Shown: positions 27,659-36,488 of the stretch, piece after piece
Layout: each line of letters opens with the position of its first letter
Numbering within the stretch: the stretch's first letter is position 1
Source of the DNA: a virus
Lineage: Duplodnaviria; Caudoviricetes
Strand: one strand, 5' to 3'
Length of the DNA: 64,000 nt
IMG/VR virus record: IMGVR_UViG_2934563053_000002
Coordinates: 1 to 64,000 of that record
The notes under the pieces: model-generated
Databases searched by the model: none
Told to the model about the DNA's origin: nothing
Seen by the model: only the letters and a program-made list of their open reading frames with translations
Position numbers and translations under genes: made by a program

Positions 27659-27973
27659 ATGACGACCGCGATCACCCCCACCGCGCAAGCGGACCCGCTC
27701 GCCCCGCGCCTGCTGCCGGGCGTCGGCGCGCTGTCCCACTCGACTGCCGCCCCCAGCACGGGGGCAACCCGCCCGTTCGGGCTGACCTGCACCACACCCC
27801 TCGCCGGCAACGCCGCCGCCGCGTCCCTCGACGGCCTCACCTACGACCCGCAGCGCCAGGTCAACGTCCACCACGACGGTGCCCCTCTCTCCAGGGACGA
27901 CCTGATGCTCCACGCCGGCACGAGCCAGAACACCCAGGCCGACCACCAGTGGTGGACCGACAAGGACCAGTGA
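27659..27973 (+). CDS. ATP-grasp-modified RiPP (graspetide) precursor, TgmA-like
   Basis: GGGAGG RBS; leader RPFGL and YDPQRQV; core TSQNTQADHQWWTDKDQ. Confidence 0.85.
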   Translation: MTTAITPTAQADPLAPRLLPGVGALSHSTAAPSTGATRPFGLTCTTPLAGNAAAASLDGLTYDPQRQVNVHHDGAPLSRDDLMLHAGTSQNTQADHQWWTDKDQ

Positions 27974-27979
27974 TATCCG

Positions 27980-28948
27980 ATGCCTGCTTCTGTCGCGATC
28001 ATCACCCGTGATCAGGACACAGCCGCCGACCTCGTCGTCCACGAACTACGCAAGCGCGACGCGGTCATCTACCGGTTCGACCTGGCCGACTTCCCCACCC
28101 GGATGACCCAGGCCGCCTACCTGATCCCCGGCCGCGCCCGCTGGACCGGAGCGCTCAAGGGGCAGCACCGCGACGTGGACCTCTCCGGACTGACAGCCGT
28201 CTGGTACCGCAAACCGTCCACCTTCCGGCTGCACCAGGGCATGTCTGCGACAGAGCAGGAGTGGGCGGCCACCGAAGCCCGAGCCGGCTTCGGTGGCCAG
28301 CTCGCCGCCCTCCCAGGCGTCCGCTGGATCAACCACCCGCACCGCAACGCCGAGGCCGACCACAAGCCGCTCCAGCTCGCCCGCGCCGACGCCTGCGGAC
28401 TCGCCGTCCCCGAGTCGCTGCTGACCAACGACCCCGACGCAGCCCGCGCGTTCTGCCACGCGCACCACGACACCGGGGTGATCTACAAACCGCTGCATGG
28501 TGGCCCCGCAAACGAGAACGGCCAGCCAGTCGCCCTCTGGGCAACCAGCGTCACCGCCGACGACATCACCGACGGAGTGGCCCGCAGCAGCCACCTCTTC
28601 CAGGCTCGGATCCCCTGCGCCTACGCGGTCCGACTCACCGTCGTCGGCGAGCAGATGTTCGCTGTCCGTATCGACGCCCCCGAGGACTCCGCAGCCGTCG
28701 ACTGGCGACAGGATCACGACCAGCTCCGCTACACCCCCATCGACGTGCCCGACGATGTGGCCGCGGGGACGCGCCAACTCTTGCAGTCCTTCGGCCTCAC
28801 CTACGCAGCCATCGACTGGGTCGTGACCCCCGACGGCCAGTGGACGTTTATCGGAGACCTGAACCCGAACGGGCAATGGGGCTGGATCCAGGCGCACACG
28901 GGCCTGCCGATCGCCGCTGCCATCGCCGACGAACTCGCCCGGGAGTAG
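27980..28948 (+). CDS. ATP-grasp ribosomal peptide maturase (TgmB/MvdC-like)
   Basis: D.AADLV, RFDLADFP, VWYRKP, HKPLQL..A...GL.VP.SL.TND, YKP, FQ, RLTVVG, DWR, LNPNGQW. Confidence 0.93.
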   Translation: MPASVAIITRDQDTAADLVVHELRKRDAVIYRFDLADFPTRMTQAAYLIPGRARWTGALKGQHRDVDLSGLTAVWYRKPSTFRLHQGMSATEQEWAATEARAGFGGQLAALPGVRWINHPHRNAEADHKPLQLARADACGLAVPESLLTNDPDAARAFCHAHHDTGVIYKPLHGGPANENGQPVALWATSVTADDITDGVARSSHLFQARIPCAYAVRLTVVGEQMFAVRIDAPEDSAAVDWRQDHDQLRYTPIDVPDDVAAGTRQLLQSFGLTYAAIDWVVTPDGQWTFIGDLNPNGQWGWIQAHTGLPIAAAIADELARE

Positions 28949-28950
28949 CC

Positions 28951-30075
28951 GTGACCATCGCCGCCGACCACTCCGAACAGTTGCGTCACCGCCTCGTCGA
29001 CCAGCTCGTCGACCGCGGATACCTGCACGACTCCCGCTGGATTGCTGCGTTCCGCGCGGTACCGCGGGAAGCGTTCGTGACGCGATACAAGGTGCTCTCA
29101 CCGGACGGCACCCACCAACACCACGACCTCGCCGACCCCGAACACCTCGACGACGCCTTGGCCGTCGCGTACTCCGACGCGCCCCTCATCACGCAGACCG
29201 ACGCGTGTGGCACGCCGACGTCGTCGAGTACGGCCCCCAGTCTGATGGCGCTCATGCTCGAAGCCCTCCAGGCGGAGCCCGGCATGAGGGTGCTGGAGAT
29301 CGGTACTGGTACCGGCTACAACGCGGCGTTGCTCTCACACGCTCTCGGGGCCGAGGCGGTCACCACAGTCGACATCGACCCAGCCCTCACAGCCGCGGCG
29401 GAGGAGGCGCTGCACCGAGTCGGCTACCGCCCAACGGTGGCCGGCCGAGTTGCAGGCCACCGGGAGCGGGGGCCGTATGACCGGCTGATCGCCACATGCG
29501 GAGTCGCACGAGTCCCCACGGCTTGGCTGGAGCAGTTGCGGCCCGGCGGTTTGGTCCTGGTTAACATCGGGTTCGGTCTCGTGCGCCTCACGGTCGGGGC
29601 CGACGGCACGGCGACCGGCAGGTTCCTGGACTACGCCAGCTTCATGCAGGCCCGCGAGGACACCGCCACCCAGGCGGCCACCGCTCGTGACGCACTCGCC
29701 CTCACCGACCGCTCCGCGCCCCGCACCGACGCTGTGTTCCCGGATTGCCTCGACGAGCGGCCGTTCGTGTTCCTGCGCTCGGTGATGATGCCGGGCGTCC
29801 ACCAGGTCGTCGAACATCTTCCGGACGGGCCGGAGTACGTCCTCGCGGATCACGCCAGCGGTTCATGGACACGGGCCCGACGGTGTGGCAGGGGCGCCGC
29901 TGTCGCTCAGGGCGGGCCGCGTCGGCTGTGGGATGAGCTGTGCAAGGTGGCCGCTTCCTGGAGTGCGCATCACCGGCCGCCGTTGTCTTCGTATGGACTG
30001 ACCGTGTATCCGGACGGACGGCATGTGCTCTGGCTTGGCAGCCCAGATGGGCCGTCCTGGCCGCTGTCTGGCTGA
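28951..30075 (+). CDS. PIMT-like O-methyltransferase with C-terminal extension (TgmC-like, aspartimide-forming type)
   Basis: AFRAVPRE.F, TSSSTAP, VLEIGTGTGYNAALL, PYDRLIAT, QGGPRRLWD, YGLTV. Confidence 0.92.
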   Translation: MTIAADHSEQLRHRLVDQLVDRGYLHDSRWIAAFRAVPREAFVTRYKVLSPDGTHQHHDLADPEHLDDALAVAYSDAPLITQTDACGTPTSSSTAPSLMALMLEALQAEPGMRVLEIGTGTGYNAALLSHALGAEAVTTVDIDPALTAAAEEALHRVGYRPTVAGRVAGHRERGPYDRLIATCGVARVPTAWLEQLRPGGLVLVNIGFGLVRLTVGADGTATGRFLDYASFMQAREDTATQAATARDALALTDRSAPRTDAVFPDCLDERPFVFLRSVMMPGVHQVVEHLPDGPEYVLADHASGSWTRARRCGRGAAVAQGGPRRLWDELCKVAASWSAHHRPPLSSYGLTVYPDGRHVLWLGSPDGPSWPLSG

Positions 30076-30088
30076 CCGCATACGACGA

Positions 30089-30112
30089 CGCCCCGCCCAA
30101 CCGGGCGGGGCG
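30089..30112. terminator. Terminator hairpin closing the RiPP operon
   Basis: CGCCCCGCCC-AACC-GGGCGGGGCG. Confidence 0.7.
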
Positions 30113-30139
30113 CTCACACGTGGCGCGGGACGAGCGCGG

Positions 30140-30403
30140 TCACACGGCGGACGCCAACTGCTCCCACATCCACGGCGTGTGGGTGGTGTGGCGCCGCTGG
30201 CGTCCGCAGGTGCGACAGTGCGTCGGTCGCCAGCGCGCCTGCGGGGTGAAGGTGTGGAGCGGCTTGAGCCAGTGGCCTTCGGCTTGCAGGTGGTCGCCCC
30301 GGTGCTGGCCGCAGCGGTCGCAGATCCAGTAGCCGTCCGAGCCGTCTGGCTGGACCGGGCCTTCACGGAACCAGTGGTCCGTGACCAACGGCCGGGCAGT
30401 CAC
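30140..30403 (-). CDS. Small tandem Zn-finger protein
   Basis: Two H.F...CxxCG....H units. Confidence 0.55.
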   Translation of the reverse strand: MTARPLVTDHWFREGPVQPDGSDGYWICDRCGQHRGDHLQAEGHWLKPLHTFTPQARWRPTHCRTCGRQRRHTTHTPWMWEQLASAV

Positions 30404-30810
30404 GGCCGCCACTCCTCGTAGTAGTCGGGGTGGTCCGCGTAAGCGGAGGCCAGATCGCGGCAGGCGTCCCAGTAGGCGGCGCGAAGCGAGCTGAGGGACC
30501 GGGCGGGCTCCTTTTCCGCCTCGAACGTCTCACGGTCAAGCTGCATGTGTTCCTCGCACTTGCTCACGATTCGCCGCTTGGCGTCGACCTCGGCGAGGAC
30601 CCGGGCCGGATCATGCCGGGCGATGTGGGTGGCGGCATAGGGCCAAGTGCGGCGGACGACACCCACGCCACTCGCTGCGCGGACCTCGCTACCGTCGGAG
30701 TCGGTCACGTTCCACGAAGCCCCGTGAGGTTCACGCGTGGCAGCGTGTTTCGCGGCCTGTGCGTCTTCGTCGAGCCGCTCCCGCAGGAACGCCACCAGGT
30801 CAACCGTCAT
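30400..30810 (-). CDS. DUF6221-family protein
   Basis: DLVAFLRERLDED...HIARHDPARVLAEVDAKRRI...LASAYADHPDY.EEWRP. Confidence 0.88.
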   Translation of the reverse strand: MTVDLVAFLRERLDEDAQAAKHAATREPHGASWNVTDSDGSEVRAASGVGVVRRTWPYAATHIARHDPARVLAEVDAKRRIVSKCEEHMQLDRETFEAEKEPARSLSSLRAAYWDACRDLASAYADHPDYYEEWRP

Positions 30811-30944
30811 CGGGCACCGCTCTCGTCATAGGAGGGGACGATCTCGCCGTCATCGCAGCACTCGGCGGTCTCGTCCTGGACTTCCTCACCGCACGAGTTG
30901 CACCACCAGTAGACCGGCTCCAGCTCCTCGCAGTCAGCCGTCAT
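30807..30944 (-). CDS. 45-aa acidic Cys peptide
   Basis: MTADCEELEPVYWWCNSCGEEVQDETAECCDDGEIV; coupled to both neighbours. Confidence 0.5.
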   Translation of the reverse strand: MTADCEELEPVYWWCNSCGEEVQDETAECCDDGEIVPSYDESGAR

Positions 30945-31257
30945 CCCGCTGCTCCTCTGCTTGACCCATGCGCGCGGGCCGATCCTTCCAGGCGCCGGAG
31001 TGGCCCCGCACGATGTCTTGCACCACGCCGGCCGACATGCCCAACCGCTCTGCGATCTTCCTGATGGGGACAGGGGGAGTCTCGGCCCGCATCTCCAGCA
31101 CCAGTTCGCGACGCTCCTTGTGCCACTCCTTGGTCTTCTTCGCCTGAAGTGCCAGCACCTGGTTGCGGGCGCGCACCCGCGCCTCTCGGTCCGGGATGCG
31201 GTCGACCTCGTTCAGGGCGTCTGACACCCGTTCTACCTCCTCGTCCGCGCCGTTCAC
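30934..31257 (-). CDS. HTH regulator
   Basis: GAGGAG RBS with GTG start; PIRKIAERLGMSAGVVQDIVRG. Confidence 0.75.
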   Translation of the reverse strand: MNGADEEVERVSDALNEVDRIPDREARVRARNQVLALQAKKTKEWHKERRELVLEMRAETPPVPIRKIAERLGMSAGVVQDIVRGHSGAWKDRPARMGQAEEQRDDG

Positions 31258-31302
31258 GCCCGCTCCTCTCCGGGGTCCGGGAGGCGGTCCGCTCCGACTC
31301 GC

Positions 31303-31341
31303 TTGTATGGAGACCATACGCGGTGTACGGTCTCCATACAA
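31303..31341. promoter_or_regulatory. Long inverted-repeat operator between divergent units
   Basis: TTGTATGGAGACC(ATAC)...(GTAC)GGTCTCCATACAA. Confidence 0.7.
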
Positions 31342-31446
31342 CGGAAGAGGGTTCCGCTCTCCATCCGTATGCACAACGGCCCCGGCCGGGCTCTCACACA
31401 CCGGCCGGGGCCAGCCATCCACCTGCTCTGAACAGGACGGACAGCC

Positions 31447-31749
31447 ATGCCGGATGCTATCGGCACCACCCAGCCCCCCGACAGTCCGACGCAACGCGTC
31501 GTCCAACTCCTCACCGCCACCCTCACCGGACTCGACGGCACGATCAGCCGCGCCGGTGGGCCCGGCGTCCTCGACGTGCCGCTGCTCCTCGGACTCCACG
31601 CCCGCCGTATCCACGGCAGCAACGGACCCGCCGTGAGCGACGACGTGGAGGCCGCCCTCCGCGTGATCGGCAACCCGCACGAGCCGACCAGCCCGCGCCT
31701 GCTGCGGCGCCGCATCCAGATCGCCCTCGACGAGGGAGTGACGCTGTGA
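31447..31749 (+). CDS. Hypothetical protein
   Basis: First gene of rightward accessory operon. Confidence 0.55.
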   Translation: MPDAIGTTQPPDSPTQRVVQLLTATLTGLDGTISRAGGPGVLDVPLLLGLHARRIHGSNGPAVSDDVEAALRVIGNPHEPTSPRLLRRRIQIALDEGVTL

Positions 31750-31907
31750 GCCCGCTCGCCTGGAACACGCCGCCCGCCGCGCCGATCCGCGAGGACCGCA
31801 TCGCCGCCGAGCCGGCCACCCTGGACCGCTGCCGCGAGGACTACACCGGCACCACCGACGCCCGCCGCCGAGACGAGACGTCCACCGCGGAAGGGCAGGC
31901 CGCCTGA
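31746..31907 (+). CDS. Small hypothetical protein
   Basis: GAGGGAG RBS; coupled. Confidence 0.45.
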   Translation: MSPLAWNTPPAAPIREDRIAAEPATLDRCREDYTGTTDARRRDETSTAEGQAA

Positions 31908-32107
31908 TGGCCCTCTTCCGCAGCGACCGCGAACTCGCCGACACCAAGTACAGCGGCAAGCAGTCCGCCTCCGACCGGGCCTCCGCCAAGCGGCGCGCCG
32001 ACCACCGCAAGCCCGGCGGCAGCGCCGACCGTGCGCTCCGCGCCGGCCAGGACTGGGACGACGCCCAGCGGCACGCCGACATCCGCCGCAACCGCTGGCG
32101 CAGCTAA
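31907..32107 (+). CDS. Small basic hypothetical protein
   Basis: DRELA...YSGKQSASD.A. Confidence 0.6.
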   Translation: MALFRSDRELADTKYSGKQSASDRASAKRRADHRKPGGSADRALRAGQDWDDAQRHADIRRNRWRS

Positions 32108-32183
32108 CCCCCGAACCGGCCGGGCCCGCCTACCACCCCCAAGGCGGGCCCGGCCACTCCGACGACCACCAGAGGAGCACCAC

Positions 32184-32363
32184 ATGACCCTCAGCAAGCT
32201 CGCCGACCAGGTACAGAGCGCCGTGCGCCTCGGCGACGCCATCGGCAAGACCGAGGACGAGATCCACGCCGACGTCCACGCAATCGTCGGCCACCTCCCG
32301 CAGGCCGACCTCGACGCAATCCAGCGGATCGTCGCCGACGACGTCGCCCACACCTGGCGCTGA
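32184..32363 (+). CDS. Small acidic hypothetical protein
   Basis: GAGGAG RBS. Confidence 0.5.
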   Translation: MTLSKLADQVQSAVRLGDAIGKTEDEIHADVHAIVGHLPQADLDAIQRIVADDVAHTWR

Positions 32364-32447
32364 CCGGCTGCCCGCGGCGCCCGGCCCGACCCGGGCGCCA
32401 AGGAGAACCGGCCAGCCCCCACCCCACCAGCCACCCGGAGGAACCAC

Positions 32448-33560
32448 ATGCGCTCGCTCACCCGCGGGCAAACCGTCGTACTCACCGTCGCCGCCATCCC
32501 CATGGCCGCCGTCGGTATCGGCGGTGCCATCGGCACATACGCGAACGCCCGCAGCGTCCTCCACCGCAGCGAAACCGCCCTCGGCGTCGTCTCCGCCGGC
32601 GAAGGCGCCACCCTCGTGGCGGCGTTGGTCATGCTCGGCCTGACGATGCTCGGACAGTCCGCCCCCATAACGATCCGTGCCGCGCTGTGGCTCCTCCCCG
32701 GCGCCGCCTCCGTCATGGGCCTCGCCATCGCCCCCAGCCCCCGGGAAGCGGTGGTGTTCGCCATCACGCCGCTCGCCATGACCGTCTCCGCCGAAGGGCT
32801 CGGACTCCTCGCCCGCCGCATCGTCGTGCACCACAGCGGTACGGACATGGAAGCGCAGCGCCGGAACGCCACGACCATGCGTCGAATCGCCTACCTCCAG
32901 GCCCGCGCCGAGAACCACCCGAACCCACGGGTACGGAAGCGGTCCGCGCTGGAGGCATGGCGGCTCATGTCCCGCGTCGGCGCGGGCGACACCGAACTCG
33001 GCTCAGGACTCATCTCGGTGCAGCGCCAGCGGCTCACCACTGGGGCGGACGCGGCTCTCAGCGCGATGCTCACCGGCTCACACCAGCCCACCCCCAGCGA
33101 GCCCCCGGCGCTGCCTGAGCCGAGTGAGCCGCCAGCTGAGCCGGACCATGAGCCCGCAGATGAGCCGGACTTCGACACCTTCGCCGACGGCGCGCTCCGC
33201 CTCGCCGCCCCCGAGCCCCGGCCCAAGCCACACCGGCCCGTCCTGCCCCCGCCCGATGCGGTCCTCACCCCGCTTGACCAGCACGTCTCACGTGAGCCCG
33301 TCGCGAGCCCGGCTGAGCCAGCACCCGACCTCACCACCGAGACACCCCACGAGCCCACGCCCGAGCCCACCGGTGAGCCCGAGCCCACCAGTGATCCGAT
33401 CGAAGCTCAGGTCATCGAACTCACGAGCCGACTCCGCCGCGGCGACCGGCTCACGAAAACCGCCGCCGCCGAACTCCTCGGCGTGAGCCCCGCCACCGCC
33501 GGCCGACGACTCAAGGCCGCCAAGGACCGGCTCACCGACGGCACCGGGATGTACCTGTGA
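32448..33560 (+). CDS. SpdB-like/DUF2637-like multi-TM protein with Pro-rich linker and C-terminal HTH
   Basis: About 4 TM helices, amphipathic middle, EP repeats, LTKTAAAELLGVSPATAGRRLK. Confidence 0.7.
   Translation: MRSLTRGQTVVLTVAAIPMAAVGIGGAIGTYANARSVLHRSETALGVVSAGEGATLVAALVMLGLTMLGQSAPITIRAALWLLPGAASVMGLAIAPSPREAVVFAITPLAMTVSAEGLGLLARRIVVHHSGTDMEAQRRNATTMRRIAYLQARAENHPNPRVRKRSALEAWRLMSRVGAGDTELGSGLISVQRQRLTTGADAALSAMLTGSHQPTPSEPPALPEPSEPPAEPDHEPADEPDFDTFADGALRLAAPEPRPKPHRPVLPPPDAVLTPLDQHVSREPVASPAEPAPDLTTETPHEPTPEPTGEPEPTSDPIEAQVIELTSRLRRGDRLTKTAAAELLGVSPATAGRRLKAAKDRLTDGTGMYL
32962..33380. repeat. Polarised GGCTCA/TGAGCC hexamer array inside the spdB-like gene
   Basis: GGCTCA at 32962, 33000, 33031, 33075; TGAGCC at 33116, 33125, 33137, 33149, 33161, 33293, 33314, 33374. 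Confidence 0.6.
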
Positions 33561-33793
33561 GCCCCGCCGACACGCCGCCGCTGTCCGCCCCGGTCACCAC
33601 CGTGCCCACCCGCTCCGGCACCCGCGCCGCGATACACCGCCACGACTACCACCAGCCCAGCCCCCGTGGCGGCTTCACCCGGCACGGCTACGCCTGGCGC
33701 TGCCCTACCTGCACCCACACCGCCACCGGCTACACCACCTACACCCCCGCCCACACCGACGCCTCCCACCACCACTGCCAGGAGCAGCCATGA
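33557..33793 (+). CDS. Small Zn-finger protein
   Basis: WRCPTC...A..H.C. Confidence 0.5.
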   Translation: MSPADTPPLSAPVTTVPTRSGTRAAIHRHDYHQPSPRGGFTRHGYAWRCPTCTHTATGYTTYTPAHTDASHHHCQEQP

Positions 33794-34470
33794 CCACCGG
33801 CCTCTTCATCCTCGCCGCGGCCGTAGCGCTGCTGTGGCTCCACCCCCGTGACCGCCACCGGCCCGGCCCCGGAGCGTCCGCCACCGCCCGCGCCCGCCAA
33901 CTACGCACCCCCCTCGTCCGTCTCGCCAGCCTGCTCGGTATCTCCACCCGCCGCGGCCGGGCCGCCGCCCGCTTCGAGGCGGGGGCCGTAGGCGAGCGCG
34001 CTACAGCCCGGCTCCTTGCCCCTCTGGTGGGGGAGGGGTGGTCCCTGCTCCATGACAGGGCCCTGCCCGGCAGCCGCGCCAACGTGGACCACCTGGTCAT
34101 CTCCCCGACGGGGGTGGTCCTCGTCCCGGACTCCAAGCGCTGGTCCGCCCGCTACGAGCTGGCGGTGTGGGAGGGGCGGTTGTGGCACGGCGGGCGGGAT
34201 GTCACCGACCGGCTCAACGGGCTCCGGCACGAGACCGCCGCCGTCGCCCGCCTCCTGGGCGTGCCGGTGGTGCCGCTGGTGGTGATGCACGGCGCCCCCC
34301 TGCCCGAGGCGGGCCTGCTGGTGGCCGGTATTCGCATCGTGCCTGCCAACCGTGCCGTCTCGGTGCTACGGCGTATCGGGGCCGCTCCCGGGCGGCAGAA
34401 TGCTGCGCTGCTACGACGCCGCGCTGCCCGCCTGCTGCCGCCCTACCAGGAGAGGCCGGGGCATGGCTGA
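33790..34470 (+). CDS. Membrane-anchored NERD-domain nuclease
   Basis: GAVGERAT, LHDRALPGS.ANVDHLVISPTGV...DSK. Confidence 0.85.
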   Translation: MTTGLFILAAAVALLWLHPRDRHRPGPGASATARARQLRTPLVRLASLLGISTRRGRAAARFEAGAVGERATARLLAPLVGEGWSLLHDRALPGSRANVDHLVISPTGVVLVPDSKRWSARYELAVWEGRLWHGGRDVTDRLNGLRHETAAVARLLGVPVVPLVVMHGAPLPEAGLLVAGIRIVPANRAVSVLRRIGAAPGRQNAALLRRRAARLLPPYQERPGHG

Positions 34471-35191
34471 CGACCAGCAGCGGCCGTTCGCACCGCCCTC
34501 TGCGCCTCCGCTACCGCCTGCCCCGCCCGGCACGGATCCGGTGAGCGTGCCGCCATGGCGCCGGCCCGCGCCCGCCCCCGAGCTCGCCGCACGCCACGAC
34601 GACGGCTGGTGGGACCGGCTCTACGCCGACGACACCGACACCGGCCCCGCCGAGGACTGGTGGGACAAGCCCCTGGAACCCACGCCGGGGGTGCCGGGGG
34701 TGCCGCCTGTCCCGATCCCGCAGATGTGCACCCACCCCCAGCCGCACCCGGTCCACGCCCAGCCCACCAACGAGCTGGTGGCCTACTGGTGCGCCGACTG
34801 CGGGACGCAGCTCGACGTCCCGGAACCGGCCCGCGAGCCCCGGCGGCGGCTGCCCGCCATCAAGACGGGCGCCGTCGACCAGCGGGCCGAGCAGGTCCGC
34901 CAGCACCTGCACGTCGAGCACCGCACCTGGGTCCTGCTCTACAACGGCAGCGCCGCTGGGCTCGGCTGGGCGTTCGGCCTGGTCGACCTGTTCGGCGGCT
35001 GGATCACCGGCTGCGGCCGCGACTACAGCGTCACCACCGCACTGCTCCTCGGCAGCGGCATCGTCGTCCTCCTCGGCCAGGTCCTCGACCGCCGCACCCG
35101 CGGCTGGTGGGGCCCGCTCCCGTGGATCTGCCGCGCCCCCCTCGCCTCCGCCGTACTGGCCCTGGGCCTGTACGCGCCCGCCTCCCTCTGA
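34463..35191 (+). CDS. Membrane protein with Zn ribbon and 3 C-terminal TM helices
   Basis: CTH...VAYWCADCG; hydrophobic C-terminus. Confidence 0.65.
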   Translation: MADDQQRPFAPPSAPPLPPAPPGTDPVSVPPWRRPAPAPELAARHDDGWWDRLYADDTDTGPAEDWWDKPLEPTPGVPGVPPVPIPQMCTHPQPHPVHAQPTNELVAYWCADCGTQLDVPEPAREPRRRLPAIKTGAVDQRAEQVRQHLHVEHRTWVLLYNGSAAGLGWAFGLVDLFGGWITGCGRDYSVTTALLLGSGIVVLLGQVLDRRTRGWWGPLPWICRAPLASAVLALGLYAPASL

Positions 35192-35209
35192 GTCCTGGAG
35201 TCCTCCGTC

Positions 35210-35686
35210 ATGGTCACCACCGCAGCACCGGCTGCCCAGATCGCGCCGTCCCCGGGCCTGGGGCAGGGCGAGATCCTCGGCCACCTCGGCGCCGGCGGCG
35301 CCGCCCTGGTCGTCACCGTCGTGCTCGTCCTCGGCGTCAAGGCCGCAGGCAAGGGGAAGCCGTTGCCGTGGACGCTCGCGCTGTTCCTCGGCGCGCTCGC
35401 GGCCACCCTCTACGCCGCCGCGGGCGGCATCTGGTCCACCCCCGCCGATCTGCTCGGCACCCTGCTGGCTGCGCTCGGTGTCGGCGGCAGCGGCGGCCCC
35501 CTCGGCAACGTCGGCATGGGCGCCGCGGCCTGCTGCATCGCCGCCGTCCTGTACTGGAAGAAGCTGACGTTGAAGCAGGTCGCCATCTGGGGCTTCGTCG
35601 CCGCCTACGTCGCGGGGCGTGCGGGCGGCATCTGGGGCGTCCTCGCCTCCGTCGTCGCCTCCTTCGCGAAGATCCTGGGGGTCTGA
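35210..35686 (+). CDS. Multi-TM membrane protein
   Basis: Gly/Ala-rich with 4-5 TM helices; internally repeated AxGGIW. Confidence 0.75.
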   Translation: MVTTAAPAAQIAPSPGLGQGEILGHLGAGGAALVVTVVLVLGVKAAGKGKPLPWTLALFLGALAATLYAAAGGIWSTPADLLGTLLAALGVGGSGGPLGNVGMGAAACCIAAVLYWKKLTLKQVAIWGFVAAYVAGRAGGIWGVLASVVASFAKILGV

Positions 35687-36399
35687 TGCCCGAGGAGAAG
35701 CCCCGCCCCGTGGCCCGAGCGCGGGAGGCCGCCCGCCCCTTCGTCCCCGGCCGGCACCTCGCTACGTCGCTGTGCTCGGGCAGCCGCGCCCTGCTCGAAC
35801 GGGGCGCGGCCTGGATCGCCGCAGGCGACGGCACCCAGGGAAGCGCGACCCGCCTGGGTGGGGTAGCCGCGGGCGCGGTCGGCATCGTGCTCCTGGTCGA
35901 CCAGCACCCGCCGATGATGACGCCGCTGACCGCGGCCTGGTGCGTCGCCGCGTGGACGCTGGCCCCCGCCCCCCGAAACGATCAAGACGAACCGGGGGAG
36001 CAGCCGGTCGAGGTCGTGCCACCGGCCGCGCACATCGTCGCCCGCGCCGTCCGCGAGATCACCGCCGACACCGGGCAGCGCGGCGCCCACCTCGACACCA
36101 TCGCCGACGCCCTCCCCGGAGCCACGAAACAGACCGTTCGTCAGGCCCTCGACGCGGCCGGGATCACGGTCACCGAAGCGCTCAACTTGAAGGCGCCGGG
36201 GGGACGCCAGCGGAACCGCATGGGGGTCCTCGTCCGGGACCTCCCGGACGGGCTCGGGCAGCCCGACCCGACCCCCGCTCCCGGCCCGCCCGGCAGCCCC
36301 GACCGGGGCCCCGCCTACACCCCCGTCACACCCCACCCACAGCCAGGCGCAGCGCCCGCTCCCCACGCCCCGACCAGCCCCCGCCCCGGGGCCCGGTAG
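35686..36399 (+). CDS. Membrane protein with C-terminal winged-helix-like domain
   Basis: 2 TM helices, then GAHLDTIADAL...VRQALDAAGI...GVLVRDLP. Confidence 0.65.
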   Translation: MPEEKPRPVARAREAARPFVPGRHLATSLCSGSRALLERGAAWIAAGDGTQGSATRLGGVAAGAVGIVLLVDQHPPMMTPLTAAWCVAAWTLAPAPRNDQDEPGEQPVEVVPPAAHIVARAVREITADTGQRGAHLDTIADALPGATKQTVRQALDAAGITVTEALNLKAPGGRQRNRMGVLVRDLPDGLGQPDPTPAPGPPGSPDRGPAYTPVTPHPQPGAAPAPHAPTSPRPGAR

Positions 36400-36468
36400 C
36401 CCGGTAGGAACCGCAGGTCAGCCCGCTTCCTACCCGCCGCCTACCCAGTTCCTACCTACCCGCCTACC
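36391..36468. repeat. GGTAG x2 / CTACC x5 polarised short-repeat cluster (clt-like)
   Basis: GCCCGGTAG twice, then CTACC five times within 40 bp. Confidence 0.55.
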
Positions 36469-36488
36469 GCCCCCGAGAGGACCCGCCG

